64,000 nucleotides of DNA from Eledone cirrhosa (taxonomy: Eukaryota), in NCBI GenBank assembly GCA_964016885.1, contig OZ024741.1, positions 143,158,001 through 143,222,000 on the forward strand. Reading direction: 5' to 3'. Within the stretch, counting starts at the first letter, position 1. Each line of letters starts with the position of its first letter. Positions 28,912 to 42,302 of the stretch are shown here, piece by piece. A program made the position numbers and the translations under genes. The notes below the pieces were generated by a model. That model was not told the origin of the DNA and did no database searches. It saw only the letters and a list, made by a program, of their open reading frames with translations.

Positions 28912-28918
<7 letters not shown>
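28549..28918 (-). mobile_element. Hairpin element: ~138-bp inverted arms (28611-28748 / 28782-28918) plus ~60-bp tail; probable PLE minimal unit
   Basis: Near-perfect inverted repeat; the loop holds a direct repeat of ATGTGAGAAAAACCAC; variant hammerhead in the arms. Confidence 0.75.
28805..28842 (+). ncRNA. Variant hammerhead ribozyme with U3:A8 core; mirror copy on minus strand at 28688-28725
   Basis: CCTT-TTGAAAA-GCAG-AAGAA-CTGC-GAAA-CCG-GTA-AAGG; all three stems pair. Confidence 0.62.
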
Positions 28919-28950
<32 letters not shown>

Positions 28951-28969
28951 CATACATATATATATATAC

Positions 28970-29020
<51 letters not shown>

Positions 29021-29206
29021 CATACATACATATATACATACATATATATATATACATACATATATATACATATACATACATACATATATACATACATATA
29101 TATATATATACATACATATATATATATATATATACATACATATATACATACATATATATATATACATACATACATATATACATACATACATATATACATA
29201 CATATA

Positions 29207-29238
<32 letters not shown>

Positions 29239-29289
29239 CATATATACATACATATATATATATACATACATACATATATACATACATAC

Positions 29290-29348
<59 letters not shown>

Positions 29349-29441
29349 CATACATATATACATACATACATATATACTTAGGTTAATAGGAGTTAGATAT
29401 TGTATACCCGTGTCCCATTAAGGTATTGGCAGCATATATAT

Positions 29442-29472
<31 letters not shown>

Positions 29473-29865
29473 CATACATACATACATATATATATATACA
29501 TATACATACATATATATATATACATATACATACATACATATATATACATACATACATATATATACATATACATACATATATATATATACATATATATATA
29601 TACATATACATACATATATATATATACATATACATACATACATATATATACATATACATACATATATATATATACATATATATATATACATATACATACA
29701 TATATATACATATACATACATATATATATATATATACATATACATACATATATATATATACATATACATACATATATATATATACATACATATACATATA
29801 TATATATATACATACATATACATACATATATATATATACATACATATATATACATATACATACAT

Positions 29866-32280
29866 AACTTAATAACTTTGAATAACTTTGAAATGTTTTG
29901 GCCAGTATTGGCCCAGGCCATGTCTAACTTAATAGCACCACCTGGCGAAGTCTTTCAATTCAGGATTTGGGCACCATGGCCCATTCGAGAAGAGAATTAC
30001 TGTTTGCGGAGACATATCCGGGTGTGGGTGGTTTGTCCGGGATTACTTGGAGGAATTTGTCCAAAGACTTCTTGAATTTTGTGTGGTCAGTTTCTGTTTT
30101 GACGTGTCCTGGTGTGATGTTGAAGAGAGCAGGGCCGATTGAGGTGAAATAATTGTGCCGTATTGTTGTTATGAGTTGCGATTTAGATTTTTGAATGGGA
30201 CGGATAGCACGGGGCCCAAGCCTTGGTGTATCTTGAAGGCGATGCCAACATCATTTGGGCAGTGATGATGGAACATTTTCCACATCATGCAGATAATATA
30301 ACGCTCACGGCGACGTTGGAGTGAGTAAAGTTTCAGGTTTTCCAATCGACCCCAGTAGTCAAGGTCTGACATGCCATCTATCTTTTTCGTGATTGCCCTT
30401 TGTGGAGCTTCAAGTTTCATGATACTTTGTTTCGTGTGGGGAGACCACACTGGACAACAGTATTCAAGGTGTGGTCGGGCGAAAGTAGAGAAGAGAAGGA
30501 TAATGGTGCGGGAATCTCTCGACTGGAAGGTTCTGAGGATCCAGGAACACATTCTGCGGGCCATGTCAACTTTGCTGCTTATATGCGTGGTCCAGCTTAT
30601 GTTGCTGTCCACGGTTACTCCCAAGTCTCTGATGTTGTTAGATGCCACGAGAGTTTCCCCGGAGGGAAGGGAGTACGGGAGTTTCAGAGCATCCTCTTTT
30701 CCAAAGTGGATCAGTTCGAATTTGTCTTCGTTCAGTAACATGTTGTTCTTTTCTGCCCATTGGGTAACAGCCAGTAGGTCTGACTGAAGGCTTATCCGGT
30801 CATCCACGCCATTGATGACCTTTTGGAGCTTGGAATCATCAGCGAAAATTTTAATGTTGCTGTGTTTGATGATGTCAGTGATGTCATTAATATAGATGAT
30901 GAAGAGAAGTGGGCCCAACACAGTGCCTTGTGGGACTCCACTACTGACCTTGGCTGGGCTTGATTTGACTCCCTCAACTACAACATGTTGGGTTCTGTTT
31001 GACAGGAAGCTCTTGATCCACTGCAGCAGCTTTCCAGTGACACCAATATTGGACAGCTTTCTCAGTAGAATGTTATGATCAACCCTGTCAAAGGCCTTGC
31101 TGAAATCAAGGTAGATAACATCAGTGTTGGAACCCTCTCCCAAGGCTCTCAAAATGTCATCAAAGTGATGCAGTAGTTGCGTCAGGCAATCCCTTCCATT
31201 ACGGAATCCATGCTGGTTGGAGTTCAGCATATTGTTACTCTCAAGGAAGTGGGTCATTCGCGATCTCACCACTCGCTCAAATACCTTAATGATATGAGAG
31301 GTGAGTGAGATTGGACGGTAATTCACGGCAAGGGATTTGTTTCCCTTTTTGAAAACTGGGACAACAGACTGGGATAGAAGGTTTTCTGGCACATATCCAG
31401 CATCCAGTGAGTTCCGCCACAGATTGGCAAGAGGAGAAGCAAGTTGGTGTTGACACGCCTTCAAGACACAAGCAGGGAACCTATCGGGACCTACTGCTGA
31501 ATTATGCTTGATTTCCTTTATTGCCGCCAAGACATCAGGGGCGCCAAACGTTATGTCCGATAAGGTGTAATGGGGAGTAACATCGCCGATACAGCCCAGA
31601 TCGGCCATATCAGGATTGCTGAAAACAGAGCAGTATTGTTTCTGCAGTATCTCACCCATGGTTTTAGCATTGTCTTGAAGAGTGCCATTTTCATCAATTA
31701 GAGGGCCAACAGTAGAGCCAGTGATTTTGTGTTTTTTTGCAAATGAAAAGAACACTTTGGGATTGAGTTTGATCTTCTCAATGGCCCAGGCCTCTTCAGC
31801 TCTTCTCTGATTGTTGATGAGGGACATTATGTTGTTTTGGAGGTTATGTTTTTTAGTCTCTAGTGATGAAATGGCAGTCAAGTTGATGTGTTGCTGCTGA
31901 CAGTATTTCAGATTGTTGATTTTTTTGTTCGTTCTCTTAATTTTTCTGATGAGCGTTTTTCTATTTCTAGGGATTCTGCTCTTAGATTTGTTTATAGTTC
32001 TTAATGGGGTGTGTTTAGCACATATGTTTGTAACAGTGTCCACAAATGTCTGCCAGGACTTTTTGATGTTAGTGGGTGTATGAGTGTGCGTGAAGGACCA
32101 GTCGACATGTGCAAGATCATGACTGATCGCTTCCCAGTTTGCATTGTGGAAATCCATAGCGTCAAACGGATGGACAGGAGAAATGACATTGGGTTTGTAT
32201 ATTGGACGGTGGAATCTCAGATCACAGAGAACCATGTCATGATCAGAGAGTAGAGTTTTCTCCACTGCAATATTGTGGAT
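29866..32280 (-). mobile_element. CR1-group LINE, 5'-truncated; RT ORF open over ~30169-32277
   Basis: [58 protein letters not shown]; short (TTCAAAGTTA)-type tail. Confidence 0.93.
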
Positions 32281-32528
32281 ATATATACATATATATATAT
32301 ATACATATATACATATATACATATATATACATATATATACATATATACATATATATACATATACATACATACATATATATATACATATACATACATATAT
32401 ATATACATATACATACATACATATATACATATACATACATATATATATATACATATACATACATACATATATATATATACATACATATACATACATACAT
32501 ATATATATACATATACATATATATATAT

Positions 32529-33435
32529 TCATCATCATCATCGTTTAACGTCCATGTTCCACGCTTGCATGGGTTTGGACGGGAGTTTTCCCACTTGAGG
32601 CAAGAGTGGTTGTCTTGCTCGCATAGGACTGTCTGGCAGGTTTTCTACGGCTGGATGCCCTTCCTAACACCAACCACATTTACAGTGTGGGACTGGGAGG
32701 TTTTTACCGTGTTGCCTACACGGCCACATTACAGCGTGGACTGTGTGTTTTTTGTCATGAAACCTACACGATCTCATTTGTTTTGGCCTGGATGTTGTTG
32801 CACCAACATAACTTTACATTGAAAAGGGCGGTGTGGGTGGGACGGGGGTGTATTTTGTTAGAGATGCCTACTGACTGTAGTAGGTTTTACTTTGTATTTA
32901 GGTAAAGCGGGGCTTCTCTATTACTGAGTACCGCCAAAGGTCTTGGTCCAGTGACATTGTCTTGGAGAGGTGTAAATGTGTGAGGTCGGAATTTATCAGC
33001 TCGTCCCAGGTTTTTCTGGGTCTGCCTACTCCGTGGCTACCGTCTATCTTTATTGCACTGCACTTTGTTATACAGCTATTGTCTTTCATGCGCATCACGT
33101 GACCATACAAACGTAGCCTTCTCTCGAGTAAACAACATCTGATCCCTCTTATTTCTAATTTTACATACATACATACATCATCATCATCATCATCATCAAC
33201 GTTTAACGTCCGTGTTCCACGCTTGCATGGGTTTGGACGGGGGTAGTCCCACTTGAGGCAAGAGTGATTGTCTTGCTCGCATAGGACTGTCTGGCAGGTT
33301 TTCTACAGTTGGATGCCCTTCCTAACACCAACCACATTTACAGTGTGGGTCTGGGAGGTTTTTACCGTGTTGCCTACACGGCCACATTACAGCGTGGACT
33401 GTGTGTTTTTTTGTCGTGACACCTACACGATCTCA
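32529..33435 (-). mobile_element. Two tandem RTE-A 3' fragments (32529-33165 and 33176-33435)
   Basis: ORF 32898-33170; 3'UTR consensus; (ATC)n tails. Confidence 0.88.
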
Positions 33436-33669
33436 ATATATATATACATATATATACATATACATAGATACATATACATAGATATATATATATATATATA
33501 CATACATACATACATACATATATACATACATACATACATATATACATACATACATATATATACATACATACATATATACATACATACATACACATATACA
33601 TACATACATATATATACATATATATATATACATACATATATATATATACATATATATATATACATATAC

Positions 33670-33700
<31 letters not shown>

Positions 33701-34039
33701 CATATATATATACATATACATATATATATATACATATACATATATATATATACATATATATATATACATACATATATATATTCATATACATATATACATA
33801 CATATATATATTCATATACATATATACATACATATATGTATATACATATACATACATATATATATATATATATATACATACATATATATATATACATATA
33901 CATACATATATATATATATATATATACATACATATATATATATATACATACATATATATATATACATATACATACATATATATATATATATATATACATA
34001 CATATATATATATATACATATACATACATATATATATAT

Positions 34040-34074
<35 letters not shown>

Positions 34075-34441
34075 CATACATATATATATATATACATATA
34101 CATACATATATATATATACATATACATACATATATATATATACATATACATACATATATATATATATACATATACATACATATATATATATATATACATA
34201 CATATATATATATACATATACATACATATACATACATACATATATATATATATACATACATATACATACATACATATATATATATATACATACATACATA
34301 TATATATATATATACATACATATATATATATATACATATACATACATACATACATATATATATAGATACATATATATATACATATACATACATACATATA
34401 TATATAGATACATATATATATACATACATATATATAAATAA

Positions 34442-34474
<33 letters not shown>

Positions 34475-34495
34475 CATACATATATATAAATATAC

Positions 34496-34526
<31 letters not shown>

Positions 34527-34540
34527 CATACATATATATA

Positions 34541-34592
<52 letters not shown>

Positions 34593-34597
34593 CATAC

Positions 34598-34678
<81 letters not shown>

Positions 34679-34690
34679 CATATAAACACA

Positions 34691-34726
<36 letters not shown>

Positions 34727-34730
34727 AACA

Positions 34731-34766
<36 letters not shown>

Positions 34767-34896
34767 AACATATATATATATATATATACATATATATAAA
34801 TAATATATATATATATATATATATACATATATATAAATAATATATATATATATACATATATATAAATAATATATATATATATACATATATATAAAT

Positions 34897-34956
<60 letters not shown>

Positions 34957-34999
34957 CATATATATATACATACATACATATATATATATATACATACAT
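33436..34999. repeat. (TA)n/(TACA)n microsatellite
   Basis: Direct reading. Confidence 0.95.
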
Positions 35000-35608
35000 A
35001 TGGTGGCTGCCAACTCGTTTTCGAGTATGGCCACTACTTTATATCCATGTAGGAGAACCCCTACCGATGCGCTGAACGAGTGTGACTTTTTAGTCCAGCC
35101 AGCGACTTGAAAACCCTGGTACAAACACTACACTTGTGACAATTATTGACACATAGTGCTGGGCCCATGGTACCATGTGACGACAAGTGCAGAGAGATCT
35201 CCAGATATAAAGCAATGCCTGTGCCGTGAAGCTTTTATAGTGAGCAAAGGCACTGCACAAAGCCAGTCCCACTCTCTTAACCAAGATGATATTTACCAAA
35301 AAGAAGAACAAGTCAACATCATTGGATACCATCAGGGTTGCAGGTGTTATATCAGAGTTATCCTTCTCCTAGAATTCTGCGATGACAAAGGCTAAGGGGT
35401 CATCTCTCCGGTGATTTTGGATGGCCATTGACTCTTAAGAGCTCCTTTGCCCTTTGACAGGTTTTGTTTTTAGTCCTGCAGGATGTCCAAAGTCACCCTC
35501 CTCACCAAGAAACCTTGGTGGGGTTGCCAGTTTAGTCGCCAACGACCCGACCATGAGACAGGTTGTACTGGGATACATGTTACCAGTAGCACCAAGTGGT
35601 GACCTGAC
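35000..35608 (-). mobile_element. ~610-bp retroposon, full-length copy
   Basis: Same ends as 13744-14364. Confidence 0.82.
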
Positions 35609-35776
35609 ATATACATACATATATATATATATACATACATACATATATATAAATATACATACATACATATATATTTATACATACATACATATATATATAT
35701 ATATACATATACATACATATATATTTATACATACATACATATATATATATATATACATATACATACATACATATTT

Positions 35777-35807
<31 letters not shown>

Positions 35808-36204
35808 CATATACATACATACACATATATACATATACATACATATACATACATACATATATATATACATATACATACATACATATATATACATATACAT
35901 ACATATATATACATATACATACATACATATACATGCATACATATATACATATACATACATTCATATACATATACATACATAGATATATATATACATATAC
36001 ATACATACGTATATATATTAATATATACATATATATATATACAGACATACGTATATATATACATATATATACATACATATATATATACATACATATATAC
36101 ATACATACACATACATATATACATAAATACATATATATATACATACACATACATATATACATAAATACATATATATATACATAAATACATATATATATAT
36201 ATAT

Positions 36205-36882
36205 GTAACAGTAATATACGTGAACGGCAAAGCATAAACGAACTAAGGAAAAAATTAGAGATAAGAGGGATCAGATGTTGTTTACTCGAGAGAAGGCTGC
36301 GTTGGTATGGACACGTGATGCGCATGAAAGTCGATAGCTGTATTACAAAGTGCAGGGCAATAAAGATAGACGGTAGCCACGGAATAGGCAGACCTAGAAA
36401 AACATGGGATGAGCTGATAAACTCCAACCTCATACACTTACACCTCTCCAAGACAATGTCACTGGACCGTGACCTTTGGCGGTACTCAGTAACAGAGAAG
36501 ACCCGCCTTGCCAGTAGGCATCTCTAACAAACTACACCCCGTCCCGCCACCACCCCCACCCCATCCACACCACCCCGTTCCATGTAAAGTTATGTTGGTG
36601 CCGCGCCATCCAGGCCGAAACAAACGAGATCGTGTAGGTGTCACGACAAAAAAACACACAGTCCACGCTGTAATGTGGCCGTGTAGGCAACACGGTAAAA
36701 ACCTCCCAGACCCACACTGTAAATGTGGTTGGTGTTAGGAAGGGCATCCAACTGTAGAAAACCTGCCAGACAGTCCTATGCGAGCAAGACAATCACTCTT
36801 GCCTCAAGTGGGACTACCCCCGTCCAAACCCATGCAAGCGTGGAACACGGACGTTAAACGTTGATGATGATGATGATGATGA
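36205..36882 (+). mobile_element. RTE-A 3' fragment
   Basis: Shares the diagnostic MKVDSC / HGIGRP / SVTEK variants with 7680-8498. Confidence 0.88.
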
Positions 36883-37078
36883 TATATATACATAAATACA
36901 TATACATACATATATACATACATATACATACATATATTTATACATATATATATATATACATACATATATATATATATACATACATATATATATATACATA
37001 TACATATAGATACATATATATATAGATACATATATATATACATATATATATACACATATATATACACATATATATATA

Positions 37079-37576
37079 CATGGTGGCTGCCAACTCGTTT
37101 TCGAGTACGGCCACTACTTTATATCCATTTAGGAGAACCCCTACCGATGCGCTGAACGAGTGTGACTTTTTAGTCCAGCCAGCGACTTGAAAACTCTGGT
37201 ACAAACACTACACTTGTGACAATTACTGACACATAGTGCTAGGCCCATGGTACCAGGTGACGACAAGTGCAGAGAGATCTCCAGATATAAAGCAATGCCT
37301 GTGCCGTGAAGCTTTTATAGTGAGCAAAGGCACTGCACAAAGCCAGTCCCACTCTCTTAACCAAGATGATATTTACCAAAAAGAAGAACAAGTCAACATC
37401 ATTGGATACCATCAGGGTTGCAGGTGTTATATCAGAGTTTTCCTTCTCCTAGAATTCTGCCTTGACAAAGGCTAAGGGGTCATCTCTCCCGGTGATTTTG
37501 GATGGCCATTGACTCTTAAGAGCTCCTTTGCCCTTTGACAGGTTTTGTTTTTAGTCCTGCAGGATGTCCAAAGTCA
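37079..37576 (-). mobile_element. ~610-bp retroposon, 5'-truncated
   Basis: Homologous to 35000-35608. Confidence 0.8.
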
Positions 37577-37955
37577 TATATATACATACATATATATATA
37601 CATACATATATATATACATACATATATATATACATACATATACATATGTATATATATACACACATATGAGTTGACATTGCACTCAGTGCTCCTGTGGGAG
37701 CCCCTACATGGAGACAATGGAAGAGGAAGACCAAGGGAATTTTACCCACCCTAGATAGATATATATATATATATATATATACATACATACATACATATGC
37801 ATATATATATATATACATACATATATATATACATACATCCACATACATATATACACACATATATATATACACACACACACATGTGCTGAATAAGACCCGT
37901 CCCACCCTTGCAAGCAGGGAAAAGCGGACGTATGATGATGATGATGATGATGACA

Positions 37956-38847
37956 TCTATATACATAAATGGCAATTTCTGTCTGTTTGTGAGTGTGTTT
38001 CGTTGTGGATTTGTTTGTGAACCTAAAACTCAAAAGCTACCAAACCGATCTTGATGAAACGTATGGCTCTCATGCCCGTTTGATTTCTTACGTATTTTGA
38101 AGTTTTAAAAAGAATCGATAATTCCCAGTCTGCATTGATTTTTCATGCAAACAATAGCAAATGCTCATATATATATGTATGTTATTTTCTGCCAGACCTT
38201 TTTAAGTTCTAAACCGATTTCCTTCAAAATTGAACACAGATAAATTATGTGCGGACGGACAGCTTTAGGCTAAAAATTTATCCCAGACAACTCGCGGAAG
38301 GCAAAAAGCTGCACAAACCTATTTTTCATTTGGTTTCTTTCTTCTGATATAAGCAACCAATTTGCTTTAAACTGTACAGGTGCATTATTTATGTATCAAT
38401 AAGGTGTTAAAAGTTTCCCCAGGGCACCTTAATAAAGCGAAAACACCGCAAATATCGAATGTCGCAAATGCTTTTTTCAAACATCATAGATACCCCACTT
38501 ATGTGCAGTGGATGGTTTTCTCCAGCAAGACACAGGGCTGCACAACAATGGGATGGATAATAATTGAATTTGCCCTCCATGGGCCGAGTTTTACCGAGAC
38601 AAATGGTATTTATGGGCTCTGGCTGGGTAATGCGGGGGTATTTTCCAAAAATGTATACCGAGCAGAACCCTTTGTGAATCGAATAGAAATCTTCAACGCG
38701 CCACAGTTGATACGCGGGCCATAAGGATATTTAAAAATTACCTACCCACCCTAGACTGTGTAATCTTTGCTGCTAACATGCGTATATTTAACCGAATGGA
38801 ACATCTTACGGGACGGATAGAAGGCCTCTGCGGGTCGCATTAGCCAG
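37956..38847 (+). mobile_element. Probable non-autonomous Helitron
   Basis: Starts A|TCTATATACATAAA...CTGTCTGTTTGT; ACCGATCTTGATGAAA and ACCGATTTCCTTCAAAATTG motifs; degenerate CCAG|T end. Confidence 0.55.
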
Positions 38848-38939
38848 TTGGCCATGGTGTAAACATCCCCAACGATGACCGTGTTTTCCTATAAGACTTA
38901 CTTCAACCAAGAGCTTCATCAAGTGTTATTTCTGCACAA

Positions 38940-39625
38940 ACACTCCAACCCACCACCCCTACTTCATCTTCCCACTCCCACCAACACCACCCTTGCTATG
39001 TAAAGTTATGTTGGTACCAGTCCAAACTAATCAGGTTGTGTGGGTGTCACAACAAAAAAAACAGAGTCCACGCTGTAATGTGGCCGTGTAGGTAACATGG
39101 TAAAAACCTGTCCACACTGTAAATGTGGTTGGTGATAGGAAGGGTATCCAGCTGTAGAAAACCTGCCAGATAGTCCTATACGATGGAGACACGGTCACTC
39201 GACCAATCTTGCCTCAAGTGGGACAATTCCCGTCTAACCTATGCTAGTGTGGAAGATAGACCTTAAACGATGGTGATACATACATATATATATATATATA
39301 CATATACACACATATACATATATATGTCCTTAAGCAAGACACTTTATTTCACATTGCTCCAGTTTACTCAGCTGAAGAAATGAGATGATAGAGACTGGGG
39401 TCCCTATCATTCCACTGCAAAGTGGTCGTGAAGGTGCCACGGCAGAAAAGCACCCAGCCCACACTGTAAAGTGGACGTGTAGGTGCCACGGGAAAAAAGC
39501 ACCCAGCACTCACTGTAAATGAGGTTGGTGTTAGGAAGGGCATCCAGCTGTAGATATCAAGCCAGAATCAGTTCTCGTCCCACCCTTGCAAGCAGGGAAA
39601 AGCAGACGTAAAATGATGATGATGA
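38940..39625 (+). mobile_element. RTE 3'UTR (38940-39278) and headless CORE-like SINE (39325-39625)
   Basis: Similarity to other copies in the window. Confidence 0.8.
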
Positions 39626-39663
39626 TACATTTACATACATACATACATATATACACACACACA

Positions 39664-39762
<99 letters not shown>

Positions 39763-39959
39763 AGGGAATGGGCGAAGAACTCAAGAGCACACGCATAGTC
39801 CGTTCCCATGTTGATTCAATTTGGATTGCGATTTTCAGCTATGCAATTTTCCATAACATATATCTTATCCAGTAATGAATAGATAACAATCTAAAGGGAC
39901 CTTTACTGTATTATAGTAAAATACACTGTATTTAAAATCAAGTATAAATATATAGCATT

Positions 39960-40143
39960 GATTGGCAGTATCGGTAGAGGGTCTGACGCCATGCTTTGCA
40001 GAAAAAGTTACGGCCCTTTATGATCTGAGTTCAAATCCTGCTGAGGTTAACTTTGCCTTTCATCCTTACGGGGTCGATAAAATAAGGTACCAGTAATGCT
40101 CTGGGATAATTGCTGGCCTTGTGCCAAAAGTAGAAACAATTAT
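39960..40143 (+). mobile_element. tRNA-derived SINE, second family, near full length
   Basis: A-box-like TGGCAGTATCGG, B box GAGTTCAAATCC, central CCTTTCATCCTTACGGGGTCGATAAAAT. Confidence 0.8.
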
Positions 40144-40832
40144 GTAATAGAGATTCACTTGTATAACAATATAATGTGTATTAGAGCAAAGAATTTAAAT
40201 AACTGAATTTAATTAGCTAGTTACCTCCTCTTACTCACTTCCGGAAATTAACCGTTGGAAAATCTACCTGTTATCTATAGTCCATGAATAAGAATACAAT
40301 AAGACTAATTTACAATCCATTGCTTTAACTAACTTAAAACATTCAATATAAACATTAACTAAAATATAATTCAACATATGTAATGGAAAAGATTGCAATA
40401 TCTTTGTTTTTCTCAACACACAAATTCAAACACTATCAACATACTACATCCACCATAGATTTTAATACATTAACATATTTGCTTAAAATACAGTATTTAT
40501 TTACCTATATATGCATAATAACTTTGCTTCTTTCCTTCTCATATATATGACTAACGTATGTGCACTTTTTACACGCCTGCATATGTATTGCTAATGTACT
40601 CTTTCTTTCTCAATGCCTCTTAATTATTAGACTATTCTCTTGTATTATCTGTTGCATGTATTCCATTCTGTGCTTTTAATTTGAATTTGAATTTTTGTAC
40701 AATTCTTGTAAAATATATGTCACATCCATTCCACCCTGTAAGTACGAAACTTTGGCTCACAACATCAATATATATATGTATCTATATTGTTCAGTTGAAT
40801 AGCAGGTTAATTACATGTACAAACACTGATAA

Positions 40833-40879
40833 TGCTCTGATGACTCCAAACGAGAGTTTGGAAGAAACAATTGTCAGCT
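40833..40879 (+). ncRNA. Minimal type-I hammerhead ribozyme in a PLE-like pLTR (~40450-41000)
   Basis: GCT-CTGATGA-c-TCCAAAC-GAGA-GTTTGGA-a-GAAA-CAATT-GTC-AGC; palindromic stem III ACAATTGT. Confidence 0.75.
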
Positions 40880-40996
40880 ATTAAATGATTTGAACACAAC
40901 TTTGATAATTGTCTAATTTATTTATTTTCCTGCTCTGTAAAATAACTGATGTTCTTACATTGAGCTATTTCTCTTTCCTGTTTATAGTTGTTTATA

Positions 40997-41953
40997 GTAT
41001 ATACATACAATATATATATATATATACATACATATATATATATATATATACATACAATGTATATATGTATATACATACAATATATATACATACATACAAT
41101 ATATATATATATATATACATACATACAATATATATATACATACATACAATATATATATATATATACATACAATATATATACATACATACAATATATATAT
41201 ATATATATATACATACATACAATATATATATACATACATACAATATATATATATATATACATACAATATATATATATATACATACATACAATATATATAT
41301 ATATATACATACATACAATATATATATATATACATACATACAATATATATATATACACATACATACAATATATATATATATACACATACATACAATATAT
41401 ATATATACACATACATACAATATATATATATACACATACATACAATATATATATATACACATACATACAATATAAATATACATACATACGTACAATATAT
41501 ATTTATACGTACATACAATATATATACATACATACATACAATATATATTTATACGTACATACAATATATATACATACATACATATATATACATACATACA
41601 TATATATACATACACATACATACATATATATACATACATACATACACATATATATACATACATACATACATACATATATATATACATACATACAATATAT
41701 ATATATATATATATATATACATACATACATACAATATATATATATATACATACAATATATATATACATACAATATATATATATACATACATACAATATAT
41801 ATATATACATACAATATATATATATATATATACATACATACATACTATATATATATATATACAATATATATATTACAATATATATATATATATACATACA
41901 TACATACAATATATATATATATGCATACATATATATATATATACATACATATA

Positions 41954-41985
<32 letters not shown>

Positions 41986-42154
41986 CATACATATATATAT
42001 ACATAGATACATACAATATAATATATATATATACATACAATATATATATATACATACATATACATAGATACATACAATATATATATATATATATACATAC
42101 ATACATACATATACATACAATACATATATATATATATACATACAAATACATACA

Positions 42155-42213
<59 letters not shown>

Positions 42214-42257
42214 CATACATATAAATACATACAATACATATATATATATATATACAT

Positions 42258-42293
<36 letters not shown>

Positions 42294-42302
42294 CAATATA
42301 TA
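40997..42302. repeat. TA microsatellite with a distinctive CATACAA-type unit
   Basis: Direct reading; the same unit resumes at 44919-45055. Confidence 0.95.

Noticed and set aside
34995-35012. Perfect Kozak GCCACCATG on the minus strand at the end of the 610-bp element
   Set aside because: It runs straight into (TA)n; better explained as part of the 3' stem-loop than as a start site.
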